Assembly (NCBI GenBank): GCA_964016885.1
Contig: OZ024751.1
Span: 35,402,001 to 35,466,000, forward strand
DNA: 64,000 nucleotides
From: Eledone cirrhosa
Lineage: Eukaryota
Direction of reading: 5' to 3'
Shown: one piece after another, positions 40,987 through 54,366 of the stretch
How positions within the stretch are numbered: the first letter of the stretch is position 1
Layout of the letters: each line of letters opens with the position of its first letter
Notes under the pieces: model-generated
What the model was told of the DNA's origin: nothing
The model's input: only the letters and a program-made list of their open reading frames with translations
Databases searched by the model: none
Translations under genes and position numbers: made by a program

Positions 40987-41966
40987 GTTGGCTTCCTTTA
41001 TTCTAATTCGCTGCTAGAATAAACGAAGTCAACTTTAACATGTTTAACTTACACACACACATATATAGGTCTGGCGACCCTGTGTGTGTGTGCAGGCGAA
41101 ACTCCAGAGTACCAAGAGACACTACTTAGCCATTATATACACACTTACATATGAGCGAAGCATGTGAAATAAATACATATTTTAACTATTCTTAATAATA
41201 GTCCGCCGTAAAGCACGCATTATTCTGAAAGTTGGGAAACATTACAGGAAAATCTCAGAAGAAACAAATATGAATACATTTTAAATTTACGTTTAATGAC
41301 TTAACTCTATGTAGGAATTCTTATCGAAAATATCAAATAAACCAGGAAAACTATGTCGAAGAAACATCCACAGTTTATAAAAAGTTAACCAACACAGAAA
41401 TTATGGTTATCTCCACGGTAGCTTATTTTACCAGACACAAGTTTAATTTCTCTTAATTACACATATGAACCCCAGACCCTTGAGATTAAACGTGTACCAG
41501 GTAGAATACAGCAATCAATAATGGATTAAAGTTTTTCCCTGTCAAAAATCGATCTGACATCAATAACACCAGAACCACTAAGCCACGTGCACAAATGAAT
41601 CGAACCGAATTTCTAGAATTACATCTATTGTTAATTATATCGAAATACGATCATAAATCTATCACTATTTCTTGTAGTTAGGACAATACTATGTAAATAT
41701 TATTGCAATCGGCCTTAATAATAAAAAATATGTAATTAAAACCTATATTGAGAAAGCCTTCATCCGTGTTGATACAAACAGCATTGAATATAAACTGTGG
41801 TTTTATAAATACTTATCAATTAACGCAAACATTAAAATCATACAAAAAATTAACGAGATGATATATTAATTATATACAAAGATAATGGAGTTAAAAAAAT
41901 TACAGGATTAATAAAAAATATAGAAGATATTTAAACGATAGTAGAGAAATAAAATCGAGCAGACAT

Positions 41967-42010
41967 ACCTGACAAATTGCCAGACAGGAAAGAGAGAGAG
42001 ACCGGAAGTG
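41967..42010 (-). promoter_or_regulatory. Candidate TCT/TOP initiator, ETS (GABP-type) site and non-coding exon 1 of RPL32 copy B
   Basis: Minus strand CACTTCCGG TCTCTCTCTCTTTCCTGTCTGGCAATTTGTCAG|GTATGT, a typical ribosomal-protein promoter layout and homologous to the copy A element. Confidence 0.75.
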
Positions 42011-42270
42011 TCATATATTTTTCTCGCTTGATAGTTCATACCGGAATTAGTTTCGTACTTCTATCAGATTTAACAAATAAATTCCTTACGTTATAATTTC
42101 TAGATATTTAAGGAATATAATTATTAAGAAGAAACAATTTTAATTTTTAATATGTATATAAACGCACACATGAGGACCGATTTCAGAGAGAGATACGTCT
42201 TCAGTGTTGATTTGGTTCTTTATTTATCGATTTATCGATCTTCAAAGGATGAAAAGTAACCACACACATA

Positions 42271-42301
<31 letters not shown>

Positions 42302-42420
42302 GTGTGTGTGTGTGTGTAATCATCACCACAATTGATGCTCTGAACTAAGAAGGTTCATTGAGCTTTTTATTGAAAAACATGATCATCATACATATTAGAT
42401 ATGTATTGATACCTTAACAT

Positions 42421-42457
<37 letters not shown>

Positions 42458-42529
42458 CTGTATGTCTGTATGTATATATATATACACACTAACACTTTAG
42501 TGTTCACTAAGTTTACTCTCAACCCTTTC

Positions 42530-43450
42530 AATTCTGTTTCTACAGCTGGAATTTATTCTCTGGTTCTTCCACAGATTCAGCTATGAAGACCAGATCATCA
42601 GCATCCACAAGTTTTCATGGACAGCCAGTCTTCAACTCCTCTGTTATGGCCTAGAGGACTGTAATAAACAGGAGTGGCTGAGGGCTGAACCTTGATGTAC
42701 TCCTACCTGTACCTTGAATTCCTCACTAAACTCATGACCTACTCTCATCATACTGACAGCTTCTCTGTACATGGATACCATTGCTCTCACAAGTTTCTGC
42801 ACATAGTTTCTGTAACCCTTTAGCATTTAAACTGGCCAAATGCAGCCAGAATTCTCTCACCTTTTTCTGTTCAAACCGGCTGTAACCGGCCACTCATATT
42901 GATGTTAAGGTATTGTTCTCAAAATAGATAACATCAAAATCGCATCGGTTCAGTATTATGTAAGATAATTACATGAGATAAAGCCTTACCATAAAAAATA
43001 TAATAGTATATATAAAGTAATGTAAATGTTAAAGGGTTAAGGACCACCATATAACAGATTGTGGTACTCTGTTAAAGACCTTTAGATCAACAAAACCCAG
43101 ATATAGTGGCTTACACTTGACTAGGAACTTCTCTTGTAGTTATTTCACTAAGAAGGGGTCACCTGCGGTGCCCCTCTCTGGCACAAAACCTAACTGTAGC
43201 TCATCTAATTTTACTCTTTTCTATGTATGTCTATATGGGTGAAGAAGTGCCAGGGATTCCCAGTGGAGGGAAGATGCAGTAGAGGCAGACCACGAAAAAC
43301 GTGGGCGGAGGTGGTGAGAGCAGACCTCAGATTGCTGAAACTCACGGAGGAGATGATGAAGGACCGTGATGGGTGGAGAGATGCTGTGGGGAATAGGACT
43401 CATCCAACCCTTGCAAGGAAAAGCGGACGTAAAATGATGATGATGATGAT
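42530..43450. mobile_element. Decayed RTE-clade LINE: inverted RT fragment plus 3' end
   Basis: Minus strand about 42530-43215 gives QLGFVP, GFVDL...FNRVP, GVHQGSALS and DADDL (RT motifs); plus strand 43225-43450 gives GRCSRGRPRKTW...RDGWR and an (ATG)n tail. Confidence 0.8.
42816..43036. mobile_element. piggyBac-type MITE nested in an RTE LINE fragment
   Basis: (G)TAA|CCCTTTAGCATT...TAAAGGG|TTAA interrupting RT-coding sequence. Confidence 0.85.
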
Positions 43451-44613
43451 AGATAGCTAGGTAAGTCAGTAGGTAGGTAGGTAGATAGCTCGGTAGATTT
43501 GTAGGTAGGTAGGGAGTTAGCTATATAAGTAATGTATATAAGCCAGAGATATAAACACCACAACAAATCTATTTCTCATTATTTTTCTCTCTTTGATGAG
43601 GAATATCAATATAATGTGGTTTCTCTTTTCAGAGGAAAATCAATTTCTGCCACAAACCAGATTGAAATTGAATAATTAGAAATCATTTAGGAAGTTGTGG
43701 CTATTTCAGGTCAGAGGTCATACTTGTGGCTACCCTAGGTCAGAGGTCATATCTTTATAGCTACCAACTTTCATTAATTGTTCCTCATCTTTACCATGGA
43801 GACTAATAGTTTCCAATTAAGGCACAAAGCAACAATTTAGGGTGGGAGAAGGTTAATCAACCCTAGTATGCAACTGGTATTTCATTGAATCTGGAGAGAG
43901 GAAAAGATGACTTTGGTAAGATTTGAACTCAGAATGTAAAGTGCTGGAACAAATACTGTAATGCCATTTCTTCCGACTTTCTAATGATTCTGCCAATCTA
44001 CCCCTGGACAATATCTGCAGGGCAGGGGACTTGCTGGAAGTATATAGTGTCAGTGATGTCATGTTAGTGGTTGGGGTGAGGTCTTACTGGAAATATAGGG
44101 AGTCTGTGATGTCATGTAAACTACACTTTTTCTCCCTACAATATCATCATCATCATCATCATCATTCCACGTCCATTTTCCATGCTAGAATGGGTTGGAC
44201 AACAATCAATATTCTGAGCTATTTGCAATCCAAAATTTGTACAATTACCAAAATATCATTCCAGATTGTTTTCACAATGAATCATCTTCCAAGCAATCAT
44301 TTCTACCATTTTCCGGAAACATCTATTTATAGACATAAAAATAATATAACAATTTTTCCTGTTTTTTTCCTGATAATTATTTATGAAAGAAATAATATTG
44401 CTGTTGGATATGTTTGTAAACATCACAAACATAGCTGTATGGTTAAATACTTTGCTTTACAACCGTGTGGTTTAGTTTCGAGTTTACTTTCACAGCTTGG
44501 CACCTTGGACAAGTGTCATATACTACAGCCTTCGGTTGACCAATGTCTTGTCAGGGAAATTTACTAGACAGAAACTGCAGAATCCCAACACCCACACATT
44601 ATACATATATATA

Positions 44614-44945
44614 GGGTAAAGACTCCCTTCGGTCATGAATGACGATAAGATTTGTATCTGGAAAGTTCCCCTCCGAGGCAAAAGTCCAGGCAAGGTTGTT
44701 TGTGGAAGACCAGTAGTCACCCATGCATAACTGTTTCCCCTATCCACGCCACCGATGTTGTCCAAGAGAAAGGCAAATGCTAATACAGCTTGACACCAGT
44801 GATGTCGCAACTTATTTCTACAGCTGAGTAAACTGGAGCAACGTGAAATAAAGTGTCTTGTTCAAGAACACAACACATCACCTGGTCCAAGAATCGAACT
44901 CATAACCTTGTGATTGTAAGCCCATTGCTCTAACCACTAAGTCAT
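44614..44945 (-). mobile_element. CORE-like SINE copy
   Basis: Reverse-complement homolog of 47918-48242. Confidence 0.7.
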
Positions 44946-46596
44946 GCTTCACTATAGATGTCAACATGAATGGATCTGTTATTTTTATCTAAAGACCTTT
45001 TTTTCCAATTCCAACCCTCCCATCCCCTCAATCTATCTTATTTCTCATTCTTTCTTCTGATGAAAGACTAGCGTCCAAGACCCTCTTCCTACTATATCAA
45101 GTGTAACCTAATATATCCCTTCTATATACTGTACCAATTGTGTTGTTATTTCTGTTTACCTTTTACATACATACATATATATATATATACATACACACAC
45201 ACATATATATATATACACACACACACACATATATATATATACATTATCATCACCACCGTTTAACGTTTATTTTTCTATGCTAGCATAGGTTATTATGTGA
45301 GTGTGTGTGTGTATGTATATATATATTTATACACACCACACACGCATATATATATTAATGTTCTCTCAGACTTGTTATTCTCCCTTCTCAGTAACCCCTT
45401 GCATTTTCGTGGCTTTTATTGATTTGCTTGGGGTGAGTAAAAAAAAGAAAGAAATTTCTGGAAGATAGTTACAAGAGAAATACTTAACAAAGAACAAACT
45501 GTTTTATTTTTGAATTTCTTGGAATAGAAAAGGAATTTGACAGGATCCCACACAGTCTGATATTGGTGACACTTATGATTCAATACGTTATGACCAATGG
45601 TTTTGTTGATGTATATGCTTCTCTAGATGGCCGTCAATTCTACTAATTCTTGTCTGCTGGTGTTCCAGACTTCCAAATTGGTTAATATTTTCAACAATTT
45701 CATTTAGAGTTTTTCACAAGAATAATAATAATAATAATAAAAACTTGAATTTTTAAAAATTAATTCCATAAAAACTAGATCATTAAAGAAGAGGTGATAC
45801 CTTTTGTATTTTAATAAATAATATCGTTTTTATTACACTTTAATGTGTCCCAACCGGCTGGCAGAGGCCATGATGGGGCACTGCCATTGTTTTTTTTTTT
45901 AGTTGATGTTTTCTTGAGAGTAACAAGTGTTGATAGGAATAAATTAATTGCAGTTTTATAACTGCTGGTTATTTCATTGCCCTCATTGTTGGTATAAAAG
46001 GAGAAGTTAACGATGGCAGGATTTGAACTAAGAAAACCACCCAACACTGAGCTAGTAACAGTATTTCAGAGGTTTGCAGTAAATAATATCGAAATAATAT
46101 TGTTTTTTATGTCTGGCTTTACCTAATTTAAAAAAAAATTAAAAATTAACTTATAGTAAAATTAAAATTCATTTTCGAAGGTCAGTTTAAAAATTTTAAA
46201 TGTGTGTTTACGTATGCAATATATTTATATATATATAGACATACACATTTATATATATATACATACACACACACACACACATATATATATAAATGTGTGT
46301 GTGTCTATATATATACACACCGCACATATATTTATGTATATATGTATATATTCATGTACATATGTATATATTTAAATGGCTGTAGCACTAAGACAGTGTT
46401 TAAGTATAATAGATGCATATGAGAACATATATAAACATATACAATACTTTTATATACAATAAACATATAGGGAGCCTCACTATCAAAGAAAAAATATTTT
46501 TTCGTAATGAAAAAAATTATTTTTCTCTATTTTCTTCTGTGAATATATCGCAGAGTTACCAGTACATAAATAAATATATGTATGTGTGTGTTTATT

Positions 46597-46644
<48 letters not shown>

Positions 46645-47465
46645 GATAGTGTACATATATATATATATTTATGTACACACACATACACACACATATATAT
46701 ATGTATATATATATATATACATACATAAAAACCTAAGTACCTACATATACATATGATCTTCATTTTGATGTTTGTTGGTGGGAAGGTTGACAATGATTAT
46801 TGAAGCAGAGTTCAATCCCTGCACTTTCCTCGCTATTTTGATGCAGTTTGTGGGTCTGGTTGCTTGGCTGGCTGGGGGGTCAGGGTGTGTTGGTGTGGGA
46901 GACATATGTGTGTAAGTCTTTCTCAAGTCCACAGAGGAGGAATATAGCTGACACAGGTGACTGGTGACACCAAAACAACCTTTAATATTCAGATTTATTA
47001 TCACATGACTTTCAGAAGGTCAGCATGTTGGTTGAGTTCACAAACGCCAAGAAACAATACTTGCATCATGAAGAGGGGAATTCTTTGCATAGCTAATATA
47101 TATTGCATACGTATATAGTGTATATATAGTACATATATACCCTATATAGAGTGTATATAAATATATATACTGGTCAAAGAATCAGTACGCAGTCACCAAC
47201 TCTGTTAATTTCTGTATTTATCACATCTTTTAATTCAGCTTTCCTTTAATATATATATACACACACATATATGTATATATCACATACACACACATATGCC
47301 CACACATATATAAACACACAATTACATATATATATTTACATATGTGCATATATATATATATATGTAGATATATATACATGCATACACACACACAAATATA
47401 TATATATGAGAGCTGTGTTTTCCCCACTGCAACCATTCAAAGCTGGGTTAAGACAAAATTTGAGG

Positions 47466-48648
47466 TCAAGATGATATTTGTTCGAGCATGAACAAAATGG
47501 CCATTTTGACGCCTTGAGCAAGTTCTTCACTAGTGTAGCCCTTGTCAAGTGTTGGAACATGTATAAATGCACAACGTGTTCGGTCTATGTAGAGTGAAGT
47601 AAAATAGGAATAATCACAGAGGTATCTGAAAAGAAAGAAAAAATAATGTTATATGTATGTGAAAAGTAAATGAAAATAAACACAACAGATGATGAAGTTA
47701 TATTAGTTTCATGCTTAATGTAGTAGGAAAAGTCTTAATGTTTCAGATGCTGGTCCTTCATCAGACACTAGAAATTACAGAAGAAATAGAAAAATAGAGG
47801 AGAGTGAACAGGAGCAGAAATGAAAAAGATTTCTTTGAGAAAAAACAGATACACACAGATATATATGAGAAGTCATGTGACTTAATGGTTAGGGAGGTCA
47901 GCACATGAAGGTTGTGTGTGGCTTAGTGGTTAGTGTGCTGGGTTCACAATCATGAGGTTGTGTGTTCAAGTCTCGGACCAGGTGGTGTATTGTGTCCTTG
48001 AGCAAGACACTTTATTTCACGTTGCTCCAGTTTACTCAGCTGTAGAAATGAGTTGTGATGTAACTGGTGCTAAGCTGTATTGGTGTTTACCTTTCTCTTG
48101 GACAATGTCAGCGGCATGGGGAGGAGCGACAGGCACACATGAGTAACCGGTCTTCCACAAACACACCTTGCCCAGACTTGTCCCCTGGGGAGGAACTTTC
48201 TTGGTGCAAATCCCTTAGTCATTCAGGACCGAAAGGGATCTTATATTAATACGAGGATTGGCCGATATGTTAATAGGCTGACTATGAAGGAGTGATGATA
48301 GAGCTGTGAAATCTTGCTTACATAATTTCAATGCATTGTTTCTTTCTAGGGAATATGTTGAAAAATAAACCTCATTTGGTCATTCCATGAGAGTATCTTG
48401 GTCAGCCTATAAACATTTCATCTTACCCTTATATATATATATCTAAAATCTTTTCCTGAGTCCTGTATTTTCGTTGCTCTAGTGATGCGGCTGGACTGCT
48501 GATCGCTATATTTGATTTGCTAAGCTGTCTAAACGTATTGTTATTACTCTGGGGTAATTTTCCCCATCCGAGTGCTAAAGCTACAGACCGAATTTGCATT
48601 CGTTAGCTTGGCCGCGAACTAGAGCTTCGTTAATGCTGTACTAAAATG

Positions 48649-48683
<35 letters not shown>

Positions 48684-49864
48684 GTTGGTCCCACAACATC
48701 CAGGCCGAAACAAATGAGATCGTGTAGGTGTCACGATAAAAAAACACACAGTCCACGCTGTAAATGTGGCCGTGTAGGCAACACGGTAAAAACCTCCCAG
48801 CCCCACACTGTAAATGTGGTTGGTGTTAGGAAGGGCATCCAGCTGTAAAAAACCCGCCAGACAGTCCACGCTGTAATGTGGCCGTGTAGGCAACACGGTA
48901 AAAACCTCCCAGCCCCACACTGTAAATGTGGTTGGTGTTAGGAAGAGCATCCAACTGTAGAAAACCCGCCAGACAGTCCTATGCGAGCAAGACAACCACT
49001 CTTGCCTCAAGTGGGAAAACCCCCGTCCAAACCCATGCAAGCGTGGAACACGGACGCTAAACCTGATGATGATGATGATGATGATGATGATACACATGTA
49101 GCAATACATACCGTCCAGCATCTTCAGAGACAACTGCAGTAAATTTGTCAGAATTGTTGACAGAATCACAAATCAACTGCATATTGATGTCGGAGGTGAT
49201 TGTGTCTTCAGCGCCTTCGATACACTTGTTATCATCAGGATGGTAGTCATTGATGTCGTCAAGGAAGTAGCCATCGTTGTGGGCAGTTTGTTCAAGAGTC
49301 AGTGTGTTAGCAATACCAGACACACCTACATGGATCACCAACTGAAACATGGTGGAATAGAAACAAAATAATTAACACATCTTGTTGTTGTAATAACAAA
49401 GCTACATGTTGTAATAACAAGGCTACATTATGTAATAACAAGGCTACATTATGTAATAAGGCTACATGTTGTAATAACAAGGCTACATTATGTAATAACA
49501 AGGCTACATTATGTAATAAGGCTACATGTTGTAATAAAAAAGCTACATGTTGTAGTAACAAAGCTATATGTTATTGTTACTACTAGACATATCATCATCA
49601 TTGTTGTATCCTGGAGTCACTGGATGTGTCAGGTCTTACAATATAGTCACCCTCAACCAGGTGACTCAATCGAGTTTGATTAAACCTTAGTTTTTGACCA
49701 AGTGGCATACATACTACTGACCCCACCGGTCACTTCTCTTCAGCCATAGCTGTCTAGATGCTCTCTCACTCTTCCCATAATGTCCAGAGTTCTGTGGATT
49801 TTGCTAAGGGAATGCACTAATGTAGTAATATCATATACATGTAAAAAGCATGATGATTATACAT

Positions 49865-49928
<64 letters not shown>

Positions 49929-52505
49929 GCACACACATATATACACGCACACACACACAATATAAATAATAATAATAATGAAATTATTGTGTACAGTGCT
50001 CAGGTGCATTACAACTCATCAAAGGTGCATGTATAGTACATAGATAATGTACAAATGTCAGGTCAGACTGATACAAATGTTATGTATAAAATGATGATGA
50101 AGGTTTACTACTGACCACAGGTTTAAATTCAGCCCATAATAAAGGAATATCCGTTTCCACACTTTTATAAGCTACAGGAACTTCTTTAATAATAAGGCAG
50201 ACATCGTCTCCAAGACCCAGTTTCTCTACATGTTGCACCACAACCCAACTTGCATTCACTTTGTGGATTCCAAAAGGCCCAAAGCCTGTAAAAAAATAAA
50301 AATAACAAGAAGAAATAAAACAAAATTTTATTAACCATTTCATGATCATATTTCTATCTTACTAGTGAAATAATCAATAATTTTAGTCATCTGTCAAAAT
50401 TCTTCATTTAGTATATATATTATATTACAGATACAATCAGGTCGGAAAATAGCAAAATATGGTTAAATTTGAGATGTATTGAAGATCCACGGCAAAAAAG
50501 CACCCAGACCACACTGTAAAGTGGATGTGTAGGCGCCACAAAAAAGCACCCAGCACTCACTGTAAAGTGGATGTGGAGGTGCCACTGCAAAAAAGCACCC
50601 AGCCCACACTGTAAAGTGGACATGTAGGCGCCACGAAAAAGCACCCAGCACTCACTGTAAAGTGGATGTGGAGGTGCCACTGCAAAAAAAGCACCCAGCC
50701 CACACTGTAAAGTGGACATGTAGGCGCCACGAAAAAGCACCCAGCACTCACTGTAAAGTGGATGTGGAGGTGCCACTGCAAAAAAGCACCCAGCCCACAC
50801 TGTAAAGTGGACATGTAGGCGCCACGAAAAAGCACCCAGCACTCACTGTAAATGAGGTTGGTGTTAGGAAGGGCATCCAGCTGTAGAAATCAAGTCAAAT
50901 CAGTTCCTGTATGAGCAAAGCATGGTCAGCCGACCAGACACTGCCCACAACAGGACAACCCGTCTAACCCATGCTAGCGTGGAAGAACGGACGTAAAACG
51001 GTGATGATGATCCCTCCTAGATATTGACACGGAAGACAATGATCCCCTCCCTCACTCTTACCTTAAGTGTAGCAATCAATGTTAAGGCCATGATATGTGT
51101 GTGTGTGTATAATAAATAATGAATACTCCATATATAATATAGTGAAACTCATGCACCAGTTAACACAAAGTCACCTGACTGCTACTAATGAAACTAGGCC
51201 AGACAGAGAACCAATGTCACACTGACATAAACTATGAATAATACATATTCAGATATATCATCATTATTATGGATTTTATGTCTACTTTTCCATGATAGCA
51301 TGGGTTGGATGAGACTTTTTGAAGCAATGTTTTACACCAGATGTCCTTCCTTACACCAACTCATTTAGTTGCTTCTTAGGGCATGCACGGATGTGGTGGA
51401 CCTATTTTAAACTGGATGGAAAATAATTAAGTTAAGTTAATAAGCATGATGGCAGTCAGATTAATGATCCATAAGTAATTACAATAGAACGGTGATAGGA
51501 AGGGCATCCGGCCATAGAACGCTTGCCAAAAGAAGTGGGTAGAGAGGACTCAACCAAGACTTTGCTCAGGACTCCCCCACCAGCCAGCTTTTACCTTCCC
51601 AGAAATCGATTCACACAACACATGCCAGGACAGCTCACATGTGACTATGGGGACCCTGACTAGACAGTACTACATGTGACTGTGGGGACTCTGACTAGAC
51701 AGCCCAGCATGTGACTGTGGGGACCCTGACCAGGCAGCCCAGCATGTTACTGTGGGGACCCTGACTAGACAGCCCAGCATGTTATTGTGGGGACCCTGAC
51801 TAGACAGCCCAGCATGTGACTGTGGGGACCCTGACTAGACAGCCCAGCATGTTATTGTGGGGACCCTGACTAGACAGCCCAGCATGTTATTGTGGGGACC
51901 CTGACTAGACAGCCCAGCATGTGACTGTGGGGACCCTGATTAGACAGCCCAGCATGTTATTGTGGGGATCCTGACTAGACAGCCCAGCATGTGACTGTGG
52001 GGACCCTGACTAGACAGCCCAGCATGTGACTGTGGGGACCCTGACTAGACAGCCCAGCATGTGACTGTGGGGACCCTGACTAGACAGCCTAGCATGTGAC
52101 TGTGGGGACCCTGACCAGACAGCCCAGCATGTTACTGTGGGGACCCTGACTAGACAGATGAAGTCTACCACCCAAATAATAATTTTATTAGTATAAAAAG
52201 TTAAAACTTGATAAGACAATCACTTGAAACTGTGATGGAATTTATGCGAGGTCACACCTGAGGGCACATGTGTTGTTGAGGTCACACCGAGGGCACATGT
52301 GTGTTGTTGAGGTCACGCATGAGGGCACATGTGTGTTGTTGAGGTCACACCTGAGGGCACGTATGTGTTGTTGAGGTCACGCATGAGGACATATGTTGGT
52401 ACATAAAAAGAAACTTGAGAAAAAATATTTCAATAATGTTTATTTATAGAAAATGAAGAGCTGTTTCTTACCTGTTACAAGGACAGTCCTCTTGGTTGTT
52501 GGCAT
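47466..52505 (-). CDS. PGPEP1: Pyroglutamyl-peptidase I (peptidase C15), 4 coding exons, 197 aa
   Basis: Exons 52472-52505 (MPTTKRTVLVTG), 50116-50285 (GFGPFGIHKVNASW...), 49112-49341 (LVIHVGVSG...LEQ...DAGR), 47466-47625 (YLCDYSYFTSL...AFIHVP...TGA). Glu/Cys/His catalytic motifs present; phases consistent. Confidence 0.95.
47731..47769 (-). ncRNA. Degenerate minimal hammerhead motif in PGPEP1 intron
   Basis: Minus strand AGTGT CTGATGA AGG-ACCAGCA-TCT GAAA CAT TA|AGACT; one G.G mismatch in stem I. Confidence 0.4.
47918..48242 (+). mobile_element. Second tRNA-derived SINE family with CORE-like body
   Basis: GTGGCTTAGTGGTTAG...GTTCAAGTC...GTGTCCTTGAGCAAGACACTTTATTTCAC...CAGCTGTAGAAATGAG; reverse copy at 44614-44945, partials near 5115, 6300, 21700, 25405 and 52805. 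Confidence 0.7.
48252..48431. mobile_element. Tc1/mariner-type MITE copy
   Basis: Same TIR and internal sequence as 53204-53529, TA-flanked. Confidence 0.65.
49388..49568. repeat. 18/21-bp minisatellite near PGPEP1 exon 3 acceptor
   Basis: AGGCTACATTATGTAATAACA and variants, about 9 copies. Confidence 0.9.
50494..50852. repeat. Alternating two-monomer tandem repeat (about 47+49 bp) at the head of a SINE-like repeat
   Basis: AAAAAGCACCCAGCACTCACTGTAAAGTGG alternating with AAAAAGCACCCAGCCCACACTGTAAAGTGG. Confidence 0.9.
51625..52157. repeat. 35-bp minisatellite, about 15 copies
   Basis: GACTAGACAGCCCAGCATGTGACTGTGGGGACCCT. Confidence 0.95.
52248..52397. repeat. About 30-32-bp minisatellite, about 5 copies
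   Basis: GAGGTCACACCTGAGGGCACATGTGTGTTGTT. Confidence 0.9.
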
Positions 52506-53203
52506 TCCTGTTGTGGATAGGAAAAACAAAAGATCAATACTGTTTCAAATGAATTTTAAAGCTTCAATCCTTTTATAACCATATTACTAATTAACCCTTT
52601 ATCATTTACATTACTCTATATATACTATAGTAATGTAAATGATAAAGGGTTAATTAATAATTTACATTATATATACTATAGTAATGTAAATGATAAAGGG
52701 TTAATTAATAATTTACATTATATATACCGCAGTAAAGTAAATGATAAAGGGTTAATTAGTAATTTACATTAATTAGTAATTTTCGTTACTCTATATATAT
52801 ACTACAGTGGTTAGAGCATTGGGCTTGCAATCAAAAGGTTGTGAGTTCAATTCTCGGACCGGGTGATGTGTTGTTTCCTTGAGCAAGACACCTTTCACAT
52901 TGCTCCAGTTTACTCAGTTGTAGAAATTAGACGATAGGACTGGGGTCCCTATCATTAAATTACCCAAGACACCTCCAACTAGATATACCTTGGAGGAGGC
53001 CAGCTCAACATGCATAGGTGTGAGCTGTCACACACACACACATATACTACAGTATTTTCATGGTAAAGGCTTTATCTCACATAATATCGAATCTATGAAC
53101 TTAGATATTATTTATGAACAGCTGGGTACAGATGGTTTGAACAGAAAGAGGTGAGAGAATTCTGGACAGATATGGCCAGTTTAAATGTTAAATTATTATT
53201 ATA

Positions 53204-53529
53204 CGAGAGTTGGCTGAAAAGTTCATAGGCTGACTATGAAGGAGTAATGCTAGAGCTGTGAAATCTTGCATGCATTAATTTCAACTCTTACTAATAACTG
53301 CATTGTTTCTTTCCAGAGACTATGTTGAACAATAGACCCCATTTGGTAATTCCATGAGAGTATCTTGGTCAGCCTCTGAAGGATTGTTGCTAGAGCTGTG
53401 AAATCTTGCATGCAATAATTTCAACTCTTCTTACTGTTTCTTTTCTAGAACTACATTGAAAAATAAACCTTATTTAGTCATTCCATGAGAGTATCTTGGT
53501 CAGCCCATGAACTTTTCAGCGTACCCTTG
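53204..53529. mobile_element. Tc1/mariner-type MITE with internal duplication
   Basis: TA|CGAGAGTTGGCTGAAAAGTTCATAGGCTGAC...GTCAGCCCATGAACTTTTCAGC; related copies at 17201-17383, 48252-48431 and partial 20517-20590. Confidence 0.7.
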
Positions 53530-53926
53530 AATTTCTAATGAAATACACTGCCTATGTGTTTAAATTAATTCTGAAAATAATTCAAAATAGAAGAAGAAAA
53601 AGGAAGAACATTTAATAGTTTATCATACAAGCTGAATGTTAACGAGGAATATATTAGAGAGAATGTGAGCAAGCATCTTTTTATCAACATTTTATTGGCT
53701 TCATGTAAACTAATATAAATGCTTATCTAAAATATGTTACTGACAAACAAGGAAAGGAAAGAAGAAAGGAAGATAGAAAGGAAAGAAAGAAAAAACGTTG
53801 GTTGATGTAAGAGACGTTGGTGGTGTCATCAAGTAATGTGTGATAGATAACTCGGGTCCCTGGACTGGAGAACATTTGAAGGGCCTCAGGATCTAACTAG
53901 AGTTAAATTAAAGTAAATAGGATCTT

Positions 53927-54150
53927 TGGTGTTGTTGGTGTTGGTGGTGTTGTTGATGGTGGTGTTGATGGTGGTTGTGGTGGTGGTGGTTGTGGTTTTG
54001 TTGGTGGTGGTGGTGGTGGTGGTGGTGGTGGTGTTGTTGGTGGTTGTGGTGGTGGTGGTGGTTGTGGTGGTGTTGTTGTTGGTGGTGGTGGTTTTGTTGG
54101 TGGCGGTGTTGTTGGTGGTGGTGTTGTTGTTGTTGGTGGTGGTGGTGTGG
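53927..54150. repeat. (GGT/GTT)n trinucleotide tract
   Basis: Imperfect trinucleotide repeat read directly. Confidence 0.95.
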
Positions 54151-54324
54151 GTCACTCTAGATGTGCCACGGGTGCAGCCAGTCGTTGGGGTGCCACTGGT
54201 GTATCTATGTATATGTGTCTGTGTCCCTGCGCCTTAATATATATATATATATGTGTGTGTGTGTATGTGTGCATGTGATGTATGTATATTTATGTACGTA
54301 TGAATGGACATGTATGTATGTATG

Positions 54325-54366
<42 letters not shown>

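Noticed and set aside
45055-45095. CTGATGA hammerhead-like starts here and near 3777, 42200, 43595 and 55299
   Set aside because: GAAA core or stems I/II are missing or broken; at most decayed relics.
53886-54237. Poly-Val/Thr/Trp ORFs
   Set aside because: Translations of a (GGT)n microsatellite.
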